Below are positions 32,601 to 44,155 of a stretch of 44,219 nt of DNA, in pieces (the stretch's first letter is position 1; each line of letters begins with the position of its first letter). The DNA is taken from the NCBI GenBank assembly GCA_010093745.1, contig MU006012.1, positions 56,732 to 100,950 on the forward strand. The letters are read 5' to 3'. The position numbers were made by a program, and so were the translations under genes. The notes below the pieces were generated by a model. That model made no database searches, had not been told where the DNA came from, and saw nothing but the letters and a program-made list of their open reading frames with translations. This DNA is from Piedraia hortae CBS 480.64. Taxonomy: Eukaryota.

Positions 32601-33232
32601 CAGAGCTGTCTCAGGTCTCTCCCATGGAGAAATATCGCTGTTGTCGGTATTGCCGATGCCTACTTGCTCATCTGGCCGAGGGATGGCGTTTGGAACGTCT
32701 CACAAGAGCTGTAGCCACTGATAAGTAAGTGGCCAGCCGTCCAGCCACGCTTGTTTTGGGCATTCTTCAAGTTTGCTCGACAAATTCTCAAAACCCCGCA
32801 CGGCTCGTGCAGAGCGATGCCAAGCCCACACCATGTTCAGTCCCATGACTCACAGCGGAAACTAATTTCATCCATCAAACAGAGCAAAAATCAACTGGTG
32901 AGGTAATTCAAGGCCGCAGTATGCTTGAAGTGATTGTCGCAGGCCAATATATTACTCATCTCCATGAGAGAGTAGATTCAGAGTGATGAAGTCCAACTAT
33001 GATCTTTAACACCTCTCATCGAGCCCCTCGAGGACATATGGACAGATTGGAGAGCATTAGGCGGAAGAATGAATTATACGACAAGAGTCTGATGACTAGC
33101 CTCACAGTCGTAGATGTAGCTACAGGCTAGTTATCTCATGCATCGGTTTGTCCTCACATTCCACTGCGCCTTTAATACGTCGATAAAATGGGCTCACAAA
33201 ATTAGTGACCCAAACAGAACCATATTTCCAAT

Positions 33233-34120
33233 TCAGTCATGCTCATCCTCCGTTTGACCCGGGCATTCTTCCATTTCCTTATCATCAGCATATCGATGCT
33301 TGCACCAGAAGCAATAATGGTACTTGTGTCGCATCTCAAACACAATCCTTTCGAGACGTTCCGCAAACGAGAGTGCCTCAAACTCTTCCAACTCAGGATC
33401 ATCATCATCATCTTCATCAACAACACCCTGCAACGCATCCTCGCCCCCATTCAGAGTCTTGCTCAAAGCACCATCTTCATCTTCTGAGTCCGAATCCTCA
33501 TTCCGCAGCGGAGCAATCCGTCGACTCGCACCCTCTTTCTCCCTCCGCTGTTTAACCAAAGGTCTCCAATAAAGATTAATAGCCTTCAGCGGCACCGAGT
33601 CCTTCACTTCCCCATCCTCAGACTCAAAAGACTCCAGCGTCCGCATAGCCCTCCACATCTGCCCCTCAGCCCTCCTCTCCTCATGTTCCTCACGCGTTCT
33701 CTCACGAAACGACTGTTCATCCATCTTTTGCCTCTTAAACCCCTGTTCAAGATTCCCAGCAAGATCGCGAATGCGTTTCTTCTTCTCCGACTCAACACCA
33801 ATACCCCCACGATCATTCTTTAGCTGAACCGGAAGAGGCTGGGTACGGGCATTCCCATCCTCGGATTTGCCCAAGGCCCCACCAGTAAACCCCATCTTGG
33901 CCATCATGCGGGCACCTTTGTTGGTTGAAGTGTCCAAGGGTGTGGCCAGCGCTATTTCTCGTGTAATCTCTTCCATTTCTGCCCGTTCTTTTTTTGACAT
34001 GATGCGTCCGCGATCGCGCGCTTCGCGCTTTAGACGGGAGACTCGTTGTAGGGATGTTTCTGGTCGTTTGGGCTCTTCGGCGAAGGACATGGAGAGGTAG
34101 TCGTCTTCTTCGTCGGCCAT
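33233..34120 (-). CDS. G-patch / DUF4187 protein (GPATCH11/CCDC75-like)
   Basis: EEDDYLSM, NKGARMMAKMGFTGGALGK...PLPVQLKNDRGGIG (G-patch), MRHKYHYCFWCKHRY...CPGQTEDEHD (DUF4187). Confidence 0.9.
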   Translation of the reverse strand: MADEEDDYLSMSFAEEPKRPETSLQRVSRLKREARDRGRIMSKKERAEMEEITREIALATPLDTSTNKGARMMAKMGFTGGALGKSEDGNARTQPLPVQLKNDRGGIGVESEKKKRIRDLAGNLEQGFKRQKMDEQSFRERTREEHEERRAEGQMWRAMRTLESFESEDGEVKDSVPLKAINLYWRPLVKQRREKEGASRRIAPLRNEDSDSEDEDGALSKTLNGGEDALQGVVDEDDDDDPELEEFEALSFAERLERIVFEMRHKYHYCFWCKHRYADDKEMEECPGQTEDEHD

Positions 34121-34382
34121 GTTGTCGCCTTGGTTCTTCGCTGGAGCTGGCATGCCAACTGAGGCGTAACCTAGGTGTTGCAAACCTTCTGACCGGGTAA
34201 TACCCCCATTGCGTATTGCCGCGCCCAGGCCTGTGCATAAGGACGATTACCGTATTTGGAAGCCAAAGTTGACCTCACTTCACAGCAACATGTCTGCGTG
34301 GCGCATCTCTAAACAACCCGCTAATTTTTCGCAGTTCATTTTCGATCTAGTCCCTTCTACTAGCAATTACAGCAACAAAGAC

Positions 34383-35677
34383 GAGGTTCGGATTTTAGTC
34401 GCTAACGACTAAAGCGGGTAACGACTTATGACGACTAGCACGTGATCAAGTCAGTATGTGACTAAGCGCGGTGGCTGACCCTGCAGATGAGGTCCCTGGT
34501 CTGCTGGTACGTTTGCTCGGTGTGTCGTCTAGCTTTCGATGTCTTTCTCCCATCATAAAAGACGTACTGCCCCTGGACCACAACGTGCGAGAAGAAATAA
34601 TTTCTTGCCGCGGAAGTGGAAAAGACTGCTGCCAAGTCGTATCTGTGTCCTCCAAACTGAATGGTTGATGTGGGCTTTTCCATCATGTCTTCAATCAGCA
34701 TGATCTCAATGTCAAGGAGCTCTGGCGACGATTGCACCTCACAATCGCTACATTGACGTGTACCAGTGCAAGCTGCCACCTTTGTTGATGCTTCTCCATC
34801 CTCAAGAGACTGACTCCACTCACTTGAATGAGGTAGTCGGCAGGTTTTGGCTGAAGTCGATTTTCATTCGGCAGTAAGCTAAACTGCCGCTCAGCACTAT
34901 TCTAATTGCTTGCTGGTCCACCCGAAGAATTGAACCACCCGACACGATTGCGATGCCTTTCGTCTGTTTGTTGTCGGTCGCTGACTCCTGGGGGCAGTGC
35001 ATGCAAGAGCAGCTGGTTGTTCTGGTCAAGCAAATCTGGAATATATGGGCTGCATGGTCAATGAAGTACTCTTCAATGGAGCCAAACATGTCGAATTGGC
35101 CCGACTCATCCATATATAGCATCTCTGTACACCAAGCAAGATTTGTTTGGTCGTACTGTTTCGACTAGATCAAATTATTAACCTGTCACAGGACTCCATG
35201 CTCATCTGCAACGGCAAGCCCAGTCAGCCTCGCCAGAAGGAAATCGACATTAGAGAGGTGTCCAGAGGGCAAGTGTTCAACCCAACAAAATCGTTGATCT
35301 TTATGTTCGAAGGGATTCCGAAATTCTGCAGCTGCACGCTGGTCATTGGTCGCGAAACTCGATCTTTGCCTTTTTCAACAACTCTTTCGTGGTATCGGGT
35401 TCCCACCCGTCATTGGCATACCTACGTTTTGCTGGGTGTTTGCTGTAGCGAAGGGGCCACCGAAGCAAAATTCTTGTCGATCTGCACAACATAGCGAGCG
35501 GCATACCACAAAGGCTGCCACGAATGATATTCTGTCCAATTACTACAAAGATTATAAGACTCATTGTGCGAACGGCACGGCCTACGTCTCATTGCGTGAA
35601 GAGGATGAGCTCATCACGTGCTAGTCGTTACTAGTCGTTACCCCGCTTAGTCGTTGACGACTAAATTCATCAGCCTC
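34383..35677. mobile_element. Non-autonomous TIR DNA element (about 1.3 kb, MULE-like GAG termini)
   Basis: 34383-34446 (GAGGTTCGGATTTTAGTCGCTAACGACTAAAGCGGGTAACGACTTATGACGACTAGCACGTGAT) is an imperfect inverted copy of 35613-35677 (reverse complement GAGGCTGATGAATTTAGTCGTCAACGACTAAGCGGGGTAACGACTAGTAACGACTAGCACGTGAT). No TSD recognised. Confidence 0.8.
34462..35406 (-). pseudogene. Decayed papain-fold USP/peptidase-C19-like protease gene inside the TIR element
   Basis: In order: GLNTCPLDTSLM (Cys-box-like), FDMFGSIEEYF, CSCMHCP and CTGTRQCSDC (Cys pairs), IQFGGHRYDLAAVF....RNYFFSHVVVQGQYVFYDG (His/Asp-box-like). Stops and frameshifts lie between the blocks. Confidence 0.55.
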
Positions 35678-36489
35678 AGTCTGAAGCTAACTTCGCAAAC
35701 TTCAATTTAGGGTCTGCGTGAAGATTACAAACCCTCACCACGTGCTTCTGACACGTGTTCACGGCGTTCCTTGACTGAAAAACCCAACAAAATTAACTTT
35801 GGTGTTGCACCTGAATCTTACTATATCCCCGATGGGTGATACTCCTCCAACGAATTCTGGTGCTCGTTACATACGCTCATTTTTGGAAACCACGCGAGTG
35901 GGCTTCCCGAGTACAATCAAAAGTTTCGAACTATGGAGGAATTGTGCAGCGACGTTTCAAACTGCGAAACATCGAACGCCTGAACGTTGTACTCAAAAAG
36001 CTCTGTCTTGGAATTTCTTTACAGAACTTGGTTAGATTGCTCATATGATCGATGCACAATCATAGACTACTTGTTCTACATCTTTCGAATCAACCTATCC
36101 ACACGCAGTCAATTCCTCATGTGCAGACAGGGTGAGGTCGGCGTTATTTCCACGCATGACGTCTTCTTGGAGGTCAAGAATCCCATTTGGGCTGAGCTTC
36201 GTAACATTCTCAAAAAGTTGAGTTTATATTCTCGGTCATTGTAAATCCAAAAGCGCGAGATGTGTCGCTGAGTTACAGTCCTCTGCTATGTGCTTCATGC
36301 CCTCTTTCATTCTCCTGCGCCTTGCAACGGGCTAACGAGGAGGAATATCAGGAAAGCCTTCCGGGAGATCGCTCCCCGAGATGTGTTGTGTCTTTGGTAA
36401 AAAGCCACGGTCCTCTGGAACTCCCGCCAGGACTCAATTGGAGCATAGCAGATGATTATGTACTTGCAACCCCCCCAAAAAACGGCTTT

Positions 36490-36835
36490 CCACTGCGTTC
36501 GAGTTAGTTTGGTAGAAGCCCAGTCTTTCCAAGGCTGCTCTCGCGTACTTATGCCATAGGGCCGTTACCTGCTTAAGGCCGTATAGGGCTTTATAAAGTT
36601 TGATGATTCAACCCAGCCCCAAAGGATTCATGGGGTTGACGAGAGAAGCCACCATTCCATTGGGATGGACATGCCCCATTATCTATTGCAGCTCTTCGGC
36701 AAACCCGGGTTTGCGACTATGGAAGTTTTAGAACTTCGTAAGATAGGCATCCTCAACGTCCGAGTTATTTGTGGGTGCGCCATGAGATTTGTCTTCCTAC
36801 ATGGATTAGGATCTTTCCAATGTAATGTTGGTATC
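36490..36835 (-). mobile_element. Ty1/Copia reverse-transcriptase (RVT_2) relic
   Basis: GKILIHVGRQISWRTH / SDVEDAYL (compare QMDVKTAFL) / IIKLYKALYGLKQVTALWHKYARAALERLGF, in three frames with stops. Confidence 0.82.
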
Positions 36836-37626
36836 GAATATCTCATTGGCAGCCCGCCACTGTGAAGTCTTGAAGGTATGACCATCTTCTGCCAGGTTTC
36901 GGTTCCTATGGAAGGAAGTCACAGTTGCAACGATATGGATGCTCTATGATGAATGAAAAGCTTGGCAGAGGTTCTTGCAGACTGCAAAGCAAGGAGAAAC
37001 GCTACATCTGATATGGAGAAGTTGTGCTGATTGAAAATACAACATGGAACGGTACAGCGCACACCCACACTAAACGACTAGCTTACCCTACGTAATCCAG
37101 GCTTGCTCAGGGGTGGAGCAGAATGATCTCGACCATGGGGAAGGGGCTTGTGCTAGCCCTTGTGATAAACTATCGCGATCTGGTGGGGCGGTAGGCAAGG
37201 CTATGAACGGTGTAGATCCAGAGTGTCGCTTTCGGAAACCTCGCGATGTGCCGATTCATGTAAGACCAGATGTGTTTGATGGCTGATTAAGTGAGGAATG
37301 TGGCAGCTGGCAGAAGAATCCTTCCTTAGTCATCCAGGAACAGAAGCGCGCCCCCACCAGCAGCCTCAACAGCTTCTGCACTCAGTGCCTTAGTGTAGGC
37401 GCTTCTAGCTGACCAATGTCATTTGCAAGCGTCGAACAGCGCTCTGCAGATCTTAGATCGTTTAGCTCTCGTATTTAAGCACTCCAATGTAGTGGTATCG
37501 GATAAATGTAGGATAATTTGGCTGGCATTTGTCAGATGTCAATGGTGGGGCTCCCATCACGTCGAGCGTAAATAAAAGCTGTCTCCTCACCTTCTACACC
37601 TGCACCTAACAGTAGAAGCATCAATC

Positions 37627-38331
37627 ATGGCTCCCAAGATCGCCATCGTGTTTGTTAGTCTCCCTGTTTACAGCGTGCTGGGCTCCGGCTGACCACAACA
37701 GTATTCCATGTACGGCCACATCAAGACCTTGGCCGAGGCCGAGTCTCAGGGCATCAAGGAGGCTGGCGGCTCCTGCGACATTTATCAGCTGCCCGAGACT
37801 CTGTCCAGTGAGATCTTGACCAAGATGCATGCCCCGCCCAAGGACCAGAGTATCACTATCCTCGAGGACCCTGCTACTCTTGAGAAATACGACGGCATCC
37901 TCTTTGGTATTCCCACCCGCTACGGTAACTTCCCCGCCCAGTGGAAGACGTTCTGGGACCGCACCGGCTCGCAGTGGCAGACTGGTGCTTTCTGGGGCAA
38001 GTATGCGGGCATGTTCGTTTCGACTGGCACAATGGGTGGCGGACAGGAAACGACTTGCATTAGCGCCATGAGTACCCTGGTCCATCATGGCTTCATCTAT
38101 GTCCCGCTGGGATACAAGACTACCTTCCCCCAAATGGCCGACCTCAGCGAGGCCCGCGGTGGCAGTGCTTGGGGCGCGGGTACCTTTGCGGTATGTATCT
38201 CAACAGATTGAGGAATGCCCTACTAACAACAATAGGGTGCCGATGGTTCGCGTCAGCCGTCCCAGAAGGAGCTCCAGATTGCCACTGCTCAGGGCAAGGC
38301 CTTTTACGAGGCCGTCGCCAAGCATGCGTAG
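37627..38331 (+). CDS. PST2: Flavodoxin-like NAD(P)H:quinone oxidoreductase (WrbA/Pst2/Ycp4 family), short isoform 203 aa; exons 37627-37653, 37702-38190, 38236-38331
   Basis: MAPKIAIVF|YSMYGHI, YDGILFGIPTRYGNFPAQWKTFWD.TG, STGTMGGGQETT, GGSAWGAGTFA|GADGSRQPS motifs; canonical introns. Confidence 0.95.
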
Positions 38332-38382
38332 TAAGCGGGGAATTGCCATTAAATCCAGCTTGCTGACTGCAGTTAGATCTAG

Positions 38383-38566
38383 CAAAGATTCGGCTGCAAC
38401 CGCAGCTGGGGCTGGGGCTGAAGCCGCTGCGGCTGGTCCTGGCGCTGGCGCTGCTGGATCCAATACCAGGGCTGCGGAACAGCAAACGTCAACGACACCA
38501 AAGTCTAGACAGAAGAACGAGAGCCAGGGACCATGTGGGCTTCCAGTCAAGTGTTCGGTTATCTGA
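38383..38566 (+). CDS. Alternative last exon of PST2 giving a 264-aa isoform ending in a CaaX box (...GPCGLPVKCSVI*)
   Basis: Donor GTAAGC at 38331, inside the stop codon TA|G; branch CTGAC 38363-38367; acceptor TAG 38380-38382. Splicing gives TAC and an open frame to TGA at 38566. Confidence 0.75.
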
Positions 38567-38919
38567 TAGCCCTATGTAATCCCGTCGTTTTTCTGACGTT
38601 CATCTGTGTCAGCACTCAGGGCCTGCGTCATGCGGAAAGGCCCAGTCCGTCTACGGCCCGAGCCTAGTGGTCCCACTCTGCGGCACACACAGGCGACACT
38701 GACTTCTCTTTTCTCTTCTTCATGCGTTGTTCTCTGTCTACATAGGGCCTATGCAATCCTCTCGTCCATAGTCTCTTGCTTTGAGCCTCTCCCTTGTCTC
38801 TCAACGATACCTCGGCCCCGACCTCTCGTCCTTAGCCTCGCGTCGTGACAATCTATCTTGCCCCGCATCCCCACTACCCCACGCCACACGTCGCACTTCA
38901 ACCATAAGGTCCATCAATC

Positions 38920-39806
38920 ATGGCGGACCCCTTTGATGCCGCTCTGTCAGTTAACACACACTCTCTCCTCCCAAAAGCTAACACAATACCTCCAGTGATC
39001 TCCTCCGCCGTTTACCCCCATCCCGCACCAGCGAGACGCTCACAAAGATCATTTCCCTCCGCCCAGAACTAGAAGAAGACCTCCTCTCTTCCGTCGACGT
39101 TAGTTTAACCTCCCAACGCTGCACCAAAACCGGAAGAGACTATCTCTGCTGCGACTACAACCGCGACGGCACAAGCTATCGGTCCCCCTGGTCCAACGAA
39201 TTCGAGCCCCCTCTACCCGACGCCGACGACGATGATCTCAAACCCAGCGGCCGCATTCGCCGAATGGAAGAGTCCCTCAACTCCGCCATCGACGTCTACC
39301 GTGAGCTCTACTACGACGGCGGAATCAGCAGCGCGTACCTCTGGGCCCTGGACCAAGCGCAGAGCGGCTTCGCGGGTGTAATCCTTCTTCAAAACCGCAC
39401 TCCAAAGGGAGGCGAATGGGACGGAATCCACGTCTTTGAGGTCGAAGAAGCAGCGACAAAACGATCCGCACTATATAAACTCACGTCGACAGTTATTTTG
39501 GATTTGCAGGGTCAGCAGAAGCTGACGGCGGGACCGGCGGTCGAGTTGGCGGGGAATTTGACGAGACAGACGCAGGCGGATATGCAACTTACGGGGTTCA
39601 GGGAAGCGGAAATTGAAAAGTCGCATGTGGCGAATATGGGACGGATGGTCGAGGATATGGAAACGAGGATGAGGAATATGCTGCAGGATGTGTACTTTGG
39701 GAAGGCGCGCGATGTGGTTGGCGATTTGAGGAGTTTGGTTCCGTTGAATGAGGTTGCGAGTGAGAGGGCCGCGCATAGAGATGTTATCGAGAAGATGAAT
39801 CGGTAA
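38920..39806 (+). CDS. CAP2: F-actin capping protein beta subunit; exons 38920-38945 and 38996-39806
   Basis: MADPFDAAL|DLLRRLPP...GRDYLCCDYNRDGTSYRSPWSN...YRELYYDGGISSAYLW...WDGIHVFE...YFGKARDVVGDLRS. Confidence 0.95.
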
Positions 39807-39943
39807 CTAGATCTCAGAATACATATTTCCTTTCCCAGTTTGAGTTCTTGAGATGCTACTTCGCAGAGTTCGTAAAATTTACATAGTGAGAAACCAACTC
39901 GCTTAAAGCATAGTCAAATCATCTACATACGTATCTACACTCT

Positions 39944-42900
39944 CTAAGGATTCAAAGCCTTCTGTCTCGCCCTCAACGCCTCAGCTAACCCGCCTGCTAA
40001 ACCACCTCCTCCAGCCGCAGGGGCAGCATCACTATGCTGCTGCTGTTGCTGCTGCGGAGCAGTCCGCCCAACAGGCCTCTTCGCAGGCGGAGCGGGTGGA
40101 GGTTTCCTTCCCACGGGCGGAGCCTTGACCTCTTCTAGATAAGCTGCTGGGGCCCAGCCCGAGGCGGATTTGTCGCTTCGTTTTGCTAGCCACCATCCTG
40201 GAAGAGTATTAGTAGGGTAAACAGATTGGTGTGATGAACTCACCGTTGTCTTCTTTTTGCGTGATTATTATTATCTCGCCTTGCTTGAGACTTAGCTCCC
40301 CGCCGGTTTGGCCGGTGAAGTCGTAGAGGGCTTTGTATTGTGGTTCGAGAGGATGGGCTGCTGGCGGTGGAGGTGGAGGTGGAGGGCCACGTACGCTAGT
40401 GCTGGATTCGTTGCGAGTGTGAGCGCTCGCTGGTGTTTTGGAGCCGTTGATCGCGGCTGAAATTGCGGCTGCGGCAGGGTTTATGCCTTGGGCTTTTGGC
40501 GGCTGAGGAACTCTTTGTTGCACGTTTGGCTGCGGTACTGGCACTGGCACAGGTGTGCGTGTTTGGGCCTGTGGCCGGCTTTGTGCTGGTGGCGGTACGG
40601 GCATGACTCGCTCTGCTTGTCGTGGTGCCGTTGCTGATGTGGATGACGCGCCTGGCAAAGGCTGTACGGGCGGCGGTGCTCGAGTTTGTTGTCTTGCCTG
40701 CTTCGAGAGTTTGCCGCCAGCGCTCTTTTTGAGCAACCCGCCGCTTGTGATTGCTTTGGCAGGCTTACTCTTGCCCTTGGGTGTCGGCTTGCTAACGCTG
40801 TTGGGCGGCTCTCCTGACCCGGTATGGATTTGTCCGGATTTATATGTGTCGTCACGAGGGACAGCAGGATCTTTGACAGCTTTGACAGTTGCAATCTTGC
40901 CAGGTTTTTTATTGTAGTTGATGCCGTCCGCGATTTGAAGCTGCGTTGTTCCCCTTGTAGCGTGCTTGAGCTGTGTGAAAAACTCCGTCTTGAAGATGCA
41001 CCGGACCAAAGGATCCGGCTCTTGAGGGCTCCCAACGCCCAAAGCAAACCAGTCGTCCTTTAGATTACTGCATGAAACAAATTTCAATGCGCCCAAGGAA
41101 ATGGTCCGTTCAGAACTTATGACAAGCTGACCCTTGACCATTGCTTGCTTGATCAAGTAGATATTTTTGTTAGTCAAAACCAGAAATCTCGGCTCAGGTT
41201 TGGACGAGCGGCCCAGTTTGGACACGAGAATTTCTGCTCGGCAAGAAAAGAATGTCTTCTCACCCGACCCAATGTTGGCATTGCTGCGTAACAACTCGCC
41301 CATACCGCCCTTGTTATCGATGCCAAGATAATCGCCCTGAAAGCGTCGGTATCCGAGCAAAGAAAAGCGACGTCGCTCTTTGCGACCACCCAGCAGCTTA
41401 TGGCCCTCGTCACGCAGCACCAAGAACGGCTCACCGCCGCTCTTCTTCCGCCAGAATTTCTGGATGCGTATGGCACATTCAATGCGATATCTCAAGTAGT
41501 TTCTCCACGCGCGCTGGATGCGGATCGCCATGTTGTGCCAATATTTATCACGCATTGTTTCGAGCGCGAACAGAGTCTCGGGAGTCTTGATAAACGCCTT
41601 ACTCACTCCCATCTGCCATTCTTCTTTGGGTATGCTGGTGTCTTTTAGAATCTGCTGCACTCCACTGCGTGCATCCCCAGTCCAGGTGTATTCACCCGCA
41701 TAAGAGCACTTGGGCGACAACAGATAGAAGCGTTCGACAAACTTTTCATACGTTTGACGATATGCAAAGCCAGCTCGTCGGATGCGCACGTTTTCCTGCA
41801 ACCCAAGGTACTTGATCTGATGCAGCACGTTTGGACCGTTATACTCGGTGGGAGACTTGTTCTCATTAGGCTTGATGGTGCGAATGTACGAGGGCGAACA
41901 CTTCATCAAAGTTGCCACGAGATCGTTGGCAGAAGCCTTGATCTTGTCGCCGGCTGTTGGCGGACGCCGCCGGTTGTCCTGGTCGACCTGGTGTGGGAAC
42001 AGAGTGTGCACAAACTTATTGCTGGACTGAGCGACGAGATTTAGAATGTCTTTAAGCAGCTGGTCTTTGTTCTTGTCTGTCATGCCCTCCACAGCATAGC
42101 TGACGTCGCCCGCGTAGTGCTTGATGACAAACTGGCCTTGACGAGGAGCGAAATTGGGATTACCACTCAACGCATTCAGTCGTTGAACAAACGTCTGATC
42201 AGCTGCCGCTGGATCCGCATGGGCAGTGGCACAGGCATCGTTCAGCGCCGCAAACACACCCGGAGGACGCTTTTCCTCGATCAGCTCGCACACAACCTTG
42301 TTGTCAAAGTATTTGATGGGAGTCCACTGGATCTGCTCGCGTTCATACTCCTCTTGTTCTGTCTTTAGAGTTAGCTGAATGAAGATTTGCTGCAGCTTCT
42401 CGTTGACGTAGTTGATACAGAGCTGTTCGAAGCTGTTCTTCTCGAAGATTTCAAAGCCGTAAATGTCTAGAATGCCAATGCTCTGCGTGACGGCTCCTGT
42501 GGCCCGTAATGACTGGTTCACACGCTGCACGATCCAGTCAAACATGTTGAAGTAGATGGCCTTTGCCAGCGCATCACGCACGCTGGTCGCTTGGGCAATG
42601 TTCATGGGCGAGTCGTAGACACTGCCGCGACGACCGCCCCTACTAGTCTCAATAATACGAGTCGTCAGCGCTTTGTTGACGTGGGCCGCGTCGACCTCCA
42701 ACAAATATGCTACAAAGTCGATTACCGACTGGTCCCGCACCGCTGCGTTGCCCGAATCGTCCTCGGCAAAACTAACGTTGCCAATCCACAGGATTGCCGA
42801 CAGCATGCGGAAGATGGAATCCTGCTCCTGCTGATTCATGCCAATGACATTCATCGCATTCAACGTGTCCTTGAAGTCTGCCACGTCGTCAATGCCCTGC

Positions 42901-43697
42901 ACATCGTAGCACTTGCTCTTGCTCGTATAAGTATACGTCGTCGGATCCTGCACACCAAAATTCGTGCGGTGCTCCTGACTTGCGCCTTTGGTGAGCTGGT
43001 AGAAGATGTGAAAGTTTCTCTCGTCCCGGATTTGACCCACCACTCTGCTCTTTTCCAGCAAGTAGTTGTTGATGTTCGCACCAATCGGCTCGCCCTGGGC
43101 GTTGAATTGAATCTCCAGGTACTTGCCAAATCGCGACGAGTTATTGTTCCGCAACGTCTTGGCATTCCCAAACGACTCCAGCAGAGGATTAGTCGCCAGC
43201 ACCATGTCTTTGGTCCGCTGGATTGAGCTGTTACTACCGCCAGATACGTTGGCAATGTACTGCATAATGCGTTTGGCTGCCTCCGTCTTTCCAGCGCCTG
43301 ACTCTCCCGAGATAATGACACATTGGTTCTCCCGGTACGCCTGCATATTGTAGTATGCGCTCTCGGCAATGGCAAAGACGTGTGGCGGCATCTCTAACCG
43401 ATTCTTGCCCTGGTAGCTCTGTAGCACCTGTTCTGTATAGATTCCAAGGTCACGAAACGGATTCACAGACACCAACACGTGGCCGATATATGTGTAGATC
43501 TCGCCATTCTCAAATCGCTTCTTGAGGTTGTCGTTGATGGCCTCGTTGGTGATCTGGCTGATGAGCGTCAGGTCACTAACGCCCACCTCTTTCTTCTTTG
43601 CCGTATCATAGGCCGCTTTGCGGATCGTCGGCTGACCGCCCTGTGCTTGCGCTTGCGTCGCTTCCTTCTTACGTCCGGCCCGCTTGGTGACGCCCAT
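39944..43697 (-). CDS. MYO5: Class I myosin (MyoA/Myo3/Myo5); exons 43697-40244 and 40197-39944
   Basis: [36 protein letters not shown] motor motifs, IQ motifs, TH1, Pro-rich TH2, SH3 (YKALYDF...EDN|GWWL...GWAPAAYL). Confidence 0.97.
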
Positions 43698-44155
43698 GTT
43701 CTACGGATGGATTGATGAATGTTCCGCCCATTCAATGAATTGCGAACGATGTACCGCCGGATTTATAGCGGATTCGAGGGTCGGAGAACGTTGTTAAGCC
43801 TGTTGCCAATCTTACGGCTCAAGAAGTGACGTCGGCTTCCAAAACAGGAAAGGCCGCGTCATGCGCCACGGCTGCTCTTGCCGAATCGGAAGTTTCCAAG
43901 CCTGACCGCTCGTGATGAGGCTGGAAAATCACAGTAACAGTGGGCTGCCATGTGAAATTCGGAAAAATCTTTAGAACAGTGCCCAGTGGTGAATGCCACT
44001 GTAGCGTTTCCAGGGGAAGAATGCACTACCTGACGCTGCTTGTCGCTCTGCCTACCAAACGTCAATAATCTTGACAGCTCAAGCGTGACTTCCGCAAGTG
44101 GGGGTGTGGAATGTTTGTACTATATTCTCTCAATGACTACCCAGGGAGGAGAAAT

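Noticed and set aside
34394..35665. CRISPR-like short repeats (ACGACTA / TAGTCGTTA)
   Set aside because: No unique spacers or cas genes, eukaryotic context, and the repeats form a pair of inverted termini.
38920..43697. CAP2 and myosin-I adjacency as an actin-patch gene cluster
   Set aside because: The genes are convergent with no shared promoter; adjacency of two genes is not evidence without synteny data.
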